From the NCBI GenBank assembly GCA_051439425.1, contig JBFRWD010000024.1, positions 1 to 16,952 on the forward strand: a stretch of 16,952 nucleotides of DNA, in the 5' to 3' direction. The notes under the pieces are model-generated. The model was given only the letters and a program-made list of their open reading frames with translations. It was not told the DNA's origin and did not search any database. Position numbers and translations under genes: made by a program. Positions 9,287 through 16,952 of this stretch are shown one piece after another. Source of the DNA: Synechococcus sp. Lineage in GTDB: Bacteria > Cyanobacteriota > Cyanobacteriia > Thermostichales > PCC-7336. Position 1 is the stretch's first letter. Every line of letters starts with the position of its first letter.

Positions 9287-10147
9287 ATGCCCGTCAGGTA
9301 TTCCTTCTGGACTAATCGCCCTCGTAACGTTAGGCACCGGGACTACCAGAACTATCTGGGTCTGCGGTTTGGCACCTTTATGTTGGGCGGTTTGGGTTTT
9401 TGCATATTTCTGATGACTGTTTTTGGTGTCACCCTGCAAACCTCATCAGAATTAGCAGCATTGTCGGGCCTCTCCATCTCAGAGGCCTTGGCTTGGGAGG
9501 GAGGTAGTAACGATCCGGTTAAAATCGAGGGATTTTTGTTGGCAGAGAGCCCTTACGCCATGCCAGATGATGAGTCTCTCAGAGTTATTCGGGGGGAATT
9601 GCTGATTGCCGCGCGGAGCGGCAGTTCTGAGGAACGCGTTCGAGAGGAGCTGTTTCGTTGGGATCGTGCTGCCGATATCGTGACCCTGTCGGATGGCAAT
9701 ATCACCATTCCCCTTGCGTTTAACCTCGACGTTCTTCCCACTGTTGACGACCGCTCTGCCCGAGCCCGAGTTCTGTGGGTCGGGGAAACTAGACGCTCTC
9801 GTCCCTTGGAGGTGGAATACGAAGAGCAAATATTTCCCCTTACCCCAGCTATTTGGGAAGGTGTGGAATCCGTATTTGTCGATGTCACCCGACGATACCT
9901 AGTACAGGGGGAATTGGTGACGGTTGTAGCAGGTATCGACACCTCAAGCGGTTCGGCCCAATTGGTCGATCCACTGGGAGATCGTCTGCGGGTGCACTGG
10001 GGTAATGAGGCAGACATCCTCCGCACCAATCAGCAAGCTAGACGCACGATGGGAATGGTTGCCATCCTCATGCTTGTAGGCAGCTATCTTCTGTACCGAA
10101 AAGCCGATGAGATGTATCGTCAGTTTGAAATTCTGTCCAATCAATAG
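9287..10147 (+). CDS. Hypothetical membrane protein with two TM segments (possibly GIDE/BAM-like)
   Basis: Long ORF starting 5 bp after the slt stop. Hydrophobic segments near residues 25-50 and 256-270 flank a ~200-aa soluble domain. Confidence 0.75.
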   Translation: MPVRYSFWTNRPRNVRHRDYQNYLGLRFGTFMLGGLGFCIFLMTVFGVTLQTSSELAALSGLSISEALAWEGGSNDPVKIEGFLLAESPYAMPDDESLRVIRGELLIAARSGSSEERVREELFRWDRAADIVTLSDGNITIPLAFNLDVLPTVDDRSARARVLWVGETRRSRPLEVEYEEQIFPLTPAIWEGVESVFVDVTRRYLVQGELVTVVAGIDTSSGSAQLVDPLGDRLRVHWGNEADILRTNQQARRTMGMVAILMLVGSYLLYRKADEMYRQFEILSNQ

Positions 10148-10429
10148 GACAGGCTCTTGTACAGCCCCCAGCGATGGCATCGTCAAATGAACTGAGACTC
10201 AACGAAAATCAGCACTGTTGTTCTTGGACGACCTACTTAGGTGATGAATGACGCTACTGTATTTCGACAATTCGAATCATGCCAGTTCTCGATTAGCTCA
10301 TTTTTCCCCATATTCTGTTGCCGAGAGTGTGTATTGATGGGGAGGAAAGTGACCTTATATCGGCTCCATTGCGGCTAAACATCGCTGTGTTTGATTTTTT
10401 TGGGAGGGGGTAAGCGTCTATTCGTATGC

Positions 10430-10924
10430 TTATGTCGTTTTATCAATAACTTTATAGTCCAGATCTTTGTTTGTCATTCCAGTACCTATGCGGCTATTCA
10501 TCACATCTTTGATTAGAAATATAACCTTCAATGCTAGAGTTCGTTTTCCTGTCGTCAACCCATCAACGGCTGCCTTCATAATCTCCAACAAGTTATCGAT
10601 CTCCTCCTCGGTTTCCTGCGATAGTAACTTATCTGAATTTGTGAATATTAGTAAGTAGGTATTGCAATTTTCCAAACACCATAATTTTTCAGCTAAAGAA
10701 TCATTCAACGCATCCCAATTTCGACCGAAATAGGAGGGGAAGTCTAACTGTACATATGCTTCTTCCATCAATTCGGCTTTTGTTGACGAGCGAGAACCAT
10801 CCAGCAATGCCTTGGCTGGCTCTAGACCCTTAAGGTCTGAAATCAATTCCGATGCAGATTCCAGGCTCTCGTCCACCAAAAAGAAATCAGCTTCCTCAGC
10901 ACCGATCTGTTGTGTGATTCCCAT
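10430..10924 (-). CDS. Barstar family ribonuclease inhibitor (immunity protein)
   Basis: LLDGSRSSTKAELMEEAYVQLDFPSYFGRNWDALNDSL is the barstar signature (FP.YFG.NWDAL.D.L); the protein is acidic. ATG 10924 has AAGGAG upstream (alternative GTG start at 10945). Confidence 0.9.
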   Translation of the reverse strand: MGITQQIGAEEADFFLVDESLESASELISDLKGLEPAKALLDGSRSSTKAELMEEAYVQLDFPSYFGRNWDALNDSLAEKLWCLENCNTYLLIFTNSDKLLSQETEEEIDNLLEIMKAAVDGLTTGKRTLALKVIFLIKDVMNSRIGTGMTNKDLDYKVIDKTT

Positions 10925-11025
10925 CTTCTCGTCCACTCCTTTCACTGTTTCTGATGCTCGGTGATGACTGGAATTTACCTAAGAATTTGAAGCATAGAAC
11001 TAGCGGAGATCACCATGCCTGTTGC

Positions 11026-11676
11026 TCAGGTTAACTCCTCAAACGATCCCTCTGCGTAATGCGCCCCCGTGTACCATATCCGTCCATTATCTCCAACAAC
11101 TATTCGTTCTGCGTCTCTGCCTCCCGATTCTGGCTTTGGATTGACGTCATATTCTGTAAATGAAGTCGGAATGTTTTCGTCACCCGCCTTCGTTAATTGT
11201 GCTTTGAGTTCTATTCCTTTATGAGGCTGATAATGTCGCATTCCAACCTCGTAGCCTGAGCTGAGGTCAGAGCCTGTGGTCAATTTCTGGGCTGCCACTT
11301 TATCCGCCGGTTTAACCATCTGGATCGGAAGCTGCAGAAACGCTTGGACTGGTTGAGCGACGTCGTAGGTTTGGCGCTCGAGCTGTTCTTGCTGATAGTC
11401 AGATTTGTACCGATCTCTAGGTTCATCGATCGCAATTTTCATCTGCAATGGCTGAAGCTCAACCGCATTTCCCGGATTGATTTTCATGGTCTTCAGGCTG
11501 TGGCCCGTGCGCCTCACAGTCTCTGACTTCGCCATCGTCTCTTCATGCAACTGCTTGGCTTCCTCAAGCGCTTCTGGTTGAGGTGCGGGGGCAAACGGCC
11601 TTGAGGCTATGGTGCTCTGTGGTGTTGCAGACGATTGAGAAGAAATAGTCTTCTTCTGAGGCTGATAAGTACTCAT
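11026..11676 (-). CDS. Polymorphic-toxin-like protein: low-complexity leader plus C-terminal barnase/RNase Sa-family ribonuclease
   Basis: C-terminal TEYDVNPKPESGGRDAERIVVGDNGRIWYTGAHY keeps the E, R, R and H catalytic set of microbial guanyl RNases. A barstar gene lies directly downstream. ATG at 11676 (ORF open from 11682). Confidence 0.85.
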   Translation of the reverse strand: MSTYQPQKKTISSQSSATPQSTIASRPFAPAPQPEALEEAKQLHEETMAKSETVRRTGHSLKTMKINPGNAVELQPLQMKIAIDEPRDRYKSDYQQEQLERQTYDVAQPVQAFLQLPIQMVKPADKVAAQKLTTGSDLSSGYEVGMRHYQPHKGIELKAQLTKAGDENIPTSFTEYDVNPKPESGGRDAERIVVGDNGRIWYTGAHYAEGSFEELT

Positions 11677-11860
11677 GGCCAAGCTAGGAGCAGGAGAACC
11701 TAGATATTGCGAACAAGACAGCGGCGAACCACCGTCTCCTTGCGAATCAGCGAGAACGCGATCGAATAGGATTGGATCGCATCTGAATTAATGTTGAAAT
11801 CCTCCGCCTTTCCTTCTCTACCTGTAAGTAGACAAAAGTCTATTCCAAGACTTACGCAGG

Positions 11861-11966
11861 TATAGCAATCCGCTGTCAGGTTTGGAGAACAAAAACAGCT
11901 CAAAACCTTGGTTGGCCAGGAATAATGACCTGAAGAACTCTTCAGAGCTGATTGCCAAAGGCTATA
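11861..11966 (+). repeat. Dispersed ~105-bp inverted-end repeat, copy 3
   Basis: TATAGCAATCCGCTGTCAGGTTTGGAG...ACAGCTCAAA...GAACTCTTCAGAGCTGATTGC-CAAAG-GCTATA. Confidence 0.9.
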
Positions 11967-12037
11967 GCAATGCTTATGAGTTAGCTTGACGCTATCCAAG
12001 CGATGGGTCTGACTCGCCATCAAAAATTTGGAGTTCT

Positions 12038-12994
12038 CTATCTGGCTGTAACCGCAACGCTCAAATCCCGGAACATCGGAGTGCTCAAATAGCGCTCGCC
12101 AAAACTAGGTTGCACCATCACGATTAACTTGCCAGCGTTTTCAGGTTTGCGGCCTACTTGAATCGCCGCTGCCAAGATTGCCCCGGTAGAAATCCCCGAT
12201 AGCAGGCCCTCTTCCCGTGCCAATCGCCGTCCATATTCAATACTGGTGTCATCATCGATGGCAACGACTTCGTTGATGATCGAGCGATCGAGCACGTCAG
12301 GCACGAACCCTGCTCCAATTCCTTGGATTTTGTGGGACGATGGCCGTCCTCCACTCAGAACTGCGCTGGAACTGGGCTCTACAGCAACAATCTCGATGTC
12401 TGGCTTACGCTCTTTTAAGTACTGACCGACCCCCGTAATGGTGCCTCCGGTGCCAACTCCCGCCACAAAGATATCGACAGTTCCATCCGTGTCTTGCCAA
12501 ATTTCGGGGCCGGTGGTGCGGTAATGAATAGCCGGATTTGCTGGATTCGTAAATTGCCCCAGCATCACGGCATTGGGAGTCTTGCGGACAATTTCTTCTG
12601 CTTTCCAGATGGCTTCTCCCATGCCTCCACCTCCGCGCACCAGCTCGACCTCGGCCCCATAAGCCTGCAGCAAAAGCTGACGTTCTACACTCATGCTCTC
12701 CGGCATGGTGATGATGAGTCGGTATCCTTTTGCTGCTGCTGCCATTGCCAGTCCCACCCCTGTATTGCCTGAAGTGGGCTCAACCAATACCGTCTCGCCT
12801 GGGACCAACGTACCGGCTTGCTCGGCCGATTCAATCATGTTGACAGCAATGCGATCTTTGACTGATGCTGCGGGGTTGAAACTTTCGAGTTTGACAGCTA
12901 ACCGAGCCAAACACCCTTCAGACTGCGGAATGGTGTTGAGTTGCACGAGAGGGGTTCGTCCGATCAGTTGCGTAATGTTGTCGGCAATGTTCAT
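12038..12994 (-). CDS. cysK: Cysteine synthase A (O-acetylserine sulfhydrylase)
   Basis: [16 protein letters not shown] (PLP lysine), [25 protein letters not shown] and [10 protein letters not shown]. Confidence 0.97.
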   Translation of the reverse strand: MNIADNITQLIGRTPLVQLNTIPQSEGCLARLAVKLESFNPAASVKDRIAVNMIESAEQAGTLVPGETVLVEPTSGNTGVGLAMAAAAKGYRLIITMPESMSVERQLLLQAYGAEVELVRGGGGMGEAIWKAEEIVRKTPNAVMLGQFTNPANPAIHYRTTGPEIWQDTDGTVDIFVAGVGTGGTITGVGQYLKERKPDIEIVAVEPSSSAVLSGGRPSSHKIQGIGAGFVPDVLDRSIINEVVAIDDDTSIEYGRRLAREEGLLSGISTGAILAAAIQVGRKPENAGKLIVMVQPSFGERYLSTPMFRDLSVAVTAR

Positions 12995-13041
12995 GGATGG
13001 CAGAGCGGGGTAGTGACGCGGTGGAGGGAAGAAAAATCGGT

Positions 13042-13560
13042 TTAGGAGATGGACTGAGCTGGGGTGGTTTCAACTGGGCTGGGGGCAAGGCGATCGACGA
13101 ATAGGATGCCGTTTAGGTGGTCGATTTCGTGCAGCAAAATTCGGGCTGTGAAATCAGTGGCGAGATATTCCTTGCGCTGTCCGGCAGCATTATAGGCTGC
13201 GACTCGAACCCACTCCGGGCGGTAGACTTCTCCTCGCCGCTCGGGCACGCTCAGGCATCCTTCCATAAAGCTGCAGGAAGATTGAGAGCGGTCCAAAATT
13301 TCTGGATTAATAAGTATCTGAAGTGGAATGTCTGGGATATCTGGGTAGCGGGGATTGGATTGGCATTCGATCACGATCGCCTGAATCGAACGAAAGACCT
13401 GCGGAGCGGCAATGCCCACGCCATCACGTTCTCTCAATGTATCGATTAAGTCTGTCAGAAAAGCCTGGAATGCTGGGGTTGGAATCTCCTCAACCAAAAC
13501 TGGTTGCGCCACTTGGCGCAGGATTGGTTCACCGATTTCTGCGATTGGGAGACAGGTCAT
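13042..13560 (-). CDS. def: Peptide deformylase
   Basis: All three motifs are present: [13 protein letters not shown] and HEIDHLNG. Confidence 0.96.
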   Translation of the reverse strand: MTCLPIAEIGEPILRQVAQPVLVEEIPTPAFQAFLTDLIDTLRERDGVGIAAPQVFRSIQAIVIECQSNPRYPDIPDIPLQILINPEILDRSQSSCSFMEGCLSVPERRGEVYRPEWVRVAAYNAAGQRKEYLATDFTARILLHEIDHLNGILFVDRLAPSPVETTPAQSIS

Positions 13561-13727
13561 GCTCGCAGGTTATGATTTGCCTCTCAATCCTAACTCCGAA
13601 CTTCCATTGAGGTGGGTGATGGTTTGGTAGGGCTAACGACCAATTCTGGAAGGCAGGAGAGTTTCAGCGGCGATCGCTCGGTCAATGTTCATTTGAAAGG
13701 TTTTGCTTGCCTGGGGCAAGTGATGTT

Positions 13728-15350
13728 TCAAACCGATCGGCGGCTTGCCGCTGTTTCGGCAATTTCAATGCAATTTCGTCCATTGGCCTTGGCTTGGTAC
13801 AGTGCGCGATCGGCCATTTCGATCAAGACAGAAGGCGCATCATCTTGGCTAGGGATGATGGTGCCAATTCCTTGGCTCACCGTAAGTGTGGAGTTGAGAG
13901 GGGAGCCATCGTGGCGAATATTGGCGAGAGCAATCGCCTGCCGAATCGCTTGAGCAATTTTGAGGCTATCAACATCGTGACTGGTGGTCGAGCGGCCAGA
14001 ACTTAGCAAAATGGCAAATTCTTCTCCCCCGTACCTGGCTACGATACCAACGCTTTTGGGAACGGCCCGCTCAATGGTTTGGGCGACCAACCGTAGACAA
14101 TCATCCCCTGCTTGGTGACCGTAGGTGTCGTTGTATCGCTTGAAAAAATCAATATCAAGCAAAATGAGGGTCAGGGGGGTTTGAGCAAGATGAGCCCGCC
14201 GCCATGCCCGATCCAAATCGCTATCAAAATGATAGCGATTGGCTAGATTCGTCAAGCCGTCAGATGTTGCCAGTAATTGCAGGCGGGCGTTGGCGTTACG
14301 CAATTCGGATGTTCGTTCTTCGACCTTGATTTCTAGTGTCTGAGAGTAGTTGGCTAATTGCTGATTTTGGGCTTCGAGAGTCGAGGAATAGCACTGAAGC
14401 TCCCGCACCATCAAGTTGAATGTGTCGGCCAGGACCTCTATTTCATCCCCCGTCTTCAGACTAAGGGTGTTACTAAAATCGCGATTTCGCACTTGCTCTG
14501 CTGCGTCGGTCAGGGTTTTAAGCGGGGTGCTTAACCAGCGGGCAATAACGGCTGCTATGAGAATAGACAGGCATAGGCTAATGCCAATAATGGCAAAACA
14601 AATATTGCGCAGCCGAGCTAAGTTGTTGAGCTCGCTGGTGACTAGCATGTCCAGTCCCAATACGGCGATGGTCCCTCCCGAGGCATCCTTAATCGGAACT
14701 GCTGCCGTAATAGATGTGTAGAAGGCATCGGAGTAAAAGGACTCCGATACCTGACTGTTTCCTGCGAAGGCGTTGGCGAAGATAGGGGACGTGGGCCTGT
14801 ACAGATTGCCGATGGGATTGCCAGGCCACTCCTCTCCTTCAGGTTCGGGGGCAAACGATGAAAGGAATTTGATGACGCCCAAATCGGGGGACTGTGGGGT
14901 TCGAATGGCAATGTACGGCAGTACGGCGTTGGGGTAATTGAGAAATTCCTGCGGGTAGAACTCTTGTAGAGGATCGACGCGATCGCGACTGGCTCGATTA
15001 ATGACTCTCAGCGCTTGGCTGAGACGCTGAAATTCTGGAGTTTGATGGTAGCGTTCGATATCCCTCTCTGACAGGCTATTGAGAAATGCTCCGGATTCCA
15101 GCTCTGCGATATCGCTGGCTGTGATATGAGAATCGCTATCGATTTCCGCACTTAATTCGACAATATCGTTCCGCATTTGTTCATCAATTAGAAATGCCCC
15201 AATTTGGGCCATATCTTTTAGCCGATAATTGATTTGTGTCAGTAAAAGATGACGTGTGTTGCGGTAAACGTACACCACACTGACACTGGTTAAACCAACA
15301 GTCAGACTGGAAATTGCAAGAGCTAACTTAAGACTAAATGAAAAGCGCAC
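13728..15350 (-). CDS. Membrane-bound sensor diguanylate cyclase (TM-periplasmic sensor-TM-HAMP-coiled coil-GGEEF)
   Basis: Two TM segments, HAMP (PLKTLTDAAEQV...DEIEVLADTFNLM), DGLTNLANR, DIDFFKRYNDTYGHQAGDDCL, ARYGGEEF and ADRALYQAKANGRN. GTG start. Confidence 0.93.
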   Translation of the reverse strand: MRFSFSLKLALAISSLTVGLTSVSVVYVYRNTRHLLLTQINYRLKDMAQIGAFLIDEQMRNDIVELSAEIDSDSHITASDIAELESGAFLNSLSERDIERYHQTPEFQRLSQALRVINRASRDRVDPLQEFYPQEFLNYPNAVLPYIAIRTPQSPDLGVIKFLSSFAPEPEGEEWPGNPIGNLYRPTSPIFANAFAGNSQVSESFYSDAFYTSITAAVPIKDASGGTIAVLGLDMLVTSELNNLARLRNICFAIIGISLCLSILIAAVIARWLSTPLKTLTDAAEQVRNRDFSNTLSLKTGDEIEVLADTFNLMVRELQCYSSTLEAQNQQLANYSQTLEIKVEERTSELRNANARLQLLATSDGLTNLANRYHFDSDLDRAWRRAHLAQTPLTLILLDIDFFKRYNDTYGHQAGDDCLRLVAQTIERAVPKSVGIVARYGGEEFAILLSSGRSTTSHDVDSLKIAQAIRQAIALANIRHDGSPLNSTLTVSQGIGTIIPSQDDAPSVLIEMADRALYQAKANGRNCIEIAETAASRRSV

Positions 15351-15742
15351 GGGATAAATATCGGCAATTTCACGCTAGTGGCTAAGGCAACTGTAACCCG
15401 ATATTCGAACAACAACCAACACGGTTATGGGTAAAGAAAAGCATTCTAATTCAGTGTTATTTCGGATGTACCTGCTTGAAAATCGACTTGTCTGCCGGCT
15501 TCTTTTTCAAGTGTCATATGTGCCACTCAAATCGTTATAGGGTTGGTGGGTTTGACTATAGTTGTTTTGAGACTTGCTTATTTCGGGGCATTTTTTTTTG
15601 AGGGATGTATAAAATCTGTGTCCCAGATGATTGGAGGGACCTGCTTGGATTCGTGATGGTTTTGAGTGTGAGGGATTGCCGTCCAGTGCTGAGGCTGTTG
15701 CGCTTGTAGAGTCAGAGCAACCATCGATCGCAGTTGTGCTTG

Positions 15743-15847
15743 TATAGCAATCCGCTGTAAGGTCTAGAGCCGGGAGACAGCTCAAAGTCTTAATCTACAA
15801 GGCGAAATAATTGGAGAACTCTCCATAGCGGATTGCCTGGCGCTATA
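15743..15847 (+). repeat. Dispersed ~105-bp inverted-end repeat, copy 4
   Basis: TATAGCAATCCGCTGTAAGGTCTAGAG...ACAGCTCAAA...TGGAGAACTCTCCATAGCGGATTGC-CTGGC-GCTATA. Confidence 0.9.
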
Positions 15848-15916
15848 GCTCTAGCGTTCGTCACTCGATCGCCCCTTGGCGCAAGACCGGTTCGGCAGGC
15901 TAGAACGGGCTCACTA

Positions 15917-16810
15917 TTACCCTTCGCTAGCGCTCAAATCTTCAATAACTTGCTGAAGTTCGGACTCGCCAACACGATAGATTTCGTTGCAGAAATGGCA
16001 GGTTCCTTCGGCTCCACCATCCTTTTCAATCATGTCCCTGAGCTCGACTGCACCGAGCAGGCGTAGTGCTCTCAACATGCGATCGGCACTACAGGGGCAG
16101 TTAAAGCGAATCATCTGGGTGTTGGGGGCTACTTGCAGATCCCAATCTCCCAATAAGTTCTCAAGGATATCTGTCAACCCCATCCCCGATCGCAGCAGTG
16201 GTGTAAAGCCCGTTAATCCAGAAAACTTGGCTTCCATGTCGGCAATTAGGTTGTCAGGGGCGCCGGGGAGGAGTTGAATGAGCAGGCCACCCGCTTGCTG
16301 CACCCCTTCACTATCCACAAACACCCCCAACAAGACAGCAGATGGAGTTTGTTCCGAACGGGCTAAGTATTGAGTAACATCATCCCCAATCTCGCCAGAC
16401 ACGAGTTGAACGGAGCCGCTGTAGGGATAGCCAAAGCCCAAATCGCGAATGACATGCAGCGAGCCATTTCGCCCCACAGCACCGCCGACATCCAACTTGC
16501 CCAGCTTGTTAGGAGGCAACTCTACCGTCGGATTTTGCACGTAACCACGAACGGTACCGTCGGTTCCCGCGTCAATCCAAACCTTGCCCAGAGGGCCGTC
16601 CCCCATAAATTGCAAGTTAATTCGGGCATCCAATCGCTTCATCCCTGTGGACAAGAGGAGGCCAGCAGTCATGGCTCGCCCTAAGGCGGCTGTGGCTACA
16701 TACGATAATTTGTGGCGTCGACGGGCTTCTTCGCACAACTGGGTCGAGATTGCGGCAACTGCTCTAACATTGCCATTGGCTGCTGTTGCCCGAATGAGAT
16801 GATCCGCCAC
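15917..16810 (-). CDS. hslO: Hsp33 redox-regulated chaperone
   Basis: MADHLIRATA N-terminus, GDGPLG, LVSGEIGDDVTQYLARSEQTPS and the zinc motif CPC...CHFC. Confidence 0.97.
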   Translation of the reverse strand: MADHLIRATAANGNVRAVAAISTQLCEEARRRHKLSYVATAALGRAMTAGLLLSTGMKRLDARINLQFMGDGPLGKVWIDAGTDGTVRGYVQNPTVELPPNKLGKLDVGGAVGRNGSLHVIRDLGFGYPYSGSVQLVSGEIGDDVTQYLARSEQTPSAVLLGVFVDSEGVQQAGGLLIQLLPGAPDNLIADMEAKFSGLTGFTPLLRSGMGLTDILENLLGDWDLQVAPNTQMIRFNCPCSADRMLRALRLLGAVELRDMIEKDGGAEGTCHFCNEIYRVGESELQQVIEDLSASEG

Positions 16811-16952
16811 AAGTCCTCCGCTGAAACATCCGCGATGTCTGGAAATCGAACGTTCATGTCGTTTGAGTTTAACACTTCGTTACATGGATGTTGGAGAATG
16901 TCAATTTAGTCCATCGTTCCATGCTTGTATGGGGGGGGGGGTGCTTAATGGG

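Larger units (their letters stand above)
1006..14986. repeat. HIP1 octamer GCGATCGC, dispersed (14 exact copies found)
   Basis: Copies start at 1006, 1700, 1871, 2025, 2734, 3162, 3625, 4056, 6813, 7628, 7947, 9072, 13670 and 14979. Fewer than one is expected by chance in 17 kb. This is a hallmark of many cyanobacterial genomes. The span is the range of sites, not one element. Confidence 0.9.

Noticed and set aside
11758..11780. GCGATC-GAATAGGATTG-GATCGC, resembling a split HIP1 site or small hairpin
   Set aside because: Single instance, and HIP1-like half sites are so frequent here that juxtaposition is expected.
11700..12023. 107-aa ORF sharing LTADCYT with ORF 15507-15785 (and ADCY with 5842-6060)
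   Set aside because: The shared peptide is just the translation of the dispersed repeat end, and there is no similarity outside it. All three are treated as spurious ORFs.
4363..15847. Repeat family as a CRISPR array or integron attC cassette array
   Set aside because: The copies are kilobases apart and flank housekeeping genes. There is no repeat-spacer periodicity, no RYYYAAC/GTTRRRY ends, and no cas or integrase gene.
58..16810. Apparent thiol/redox theme (cp12, cysS, mnmA, cysK, hslO) and c-di-GMP theme (yajQ plus the cyclase)
   Set aside because: The genes are in separate transcription units, on different strands and kilobases apart. There is no evidence of a functional cluster.
799..16909. 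Numerous 60-170-aa ORFs overlapping or antisense to the recognised genes
   Set aside because: Shadow ORFs of GC-rich coding sequence with no motifs or independent support.
16931..16941. G11 homopolymer upstream of hslO
   Set aside because: It lies at the window end and could be a sequencing or assembly artefact. Phase variation cannot be inferred.

Overview
Cyanobacterial chromosomal segment: I counted 14 exact copies of the HIP1 octamer GCGATCGC by eye, and the window carries CP12 and DUF760 genes. The backbone is mostly housekeeping: cp12, cysS, a GNAT acetyltransferase, mnmA, DUF760, yajQ, a TPR lytic transglycosylase with a two-TM membrane protein, cysK, def, a HAMP-GGEEF diguanylate cyclase and hslO. 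Three things stand out. (1) A toxin-immunity pair at 10430-11676: a barnase/RNase Sa-type ribonuclease fused to an N-terminal leader resembling that of cyanobacterial DUF4157/eCIS-associated proteins, followed by an AT-rich barstar gene. (2) Four dispersed copies of a ~105-bp structured intergenic repeat with inverted ends. All four lie 3' of a gene in the same relative orientation and show compensatory or G-U-compatible changes. (3) A 50-aa ORF with a good ribosome-binding site (4943-5095, minus strand) that the ORF track misses. All assignments come from motif recognition by eye; no searches were run.
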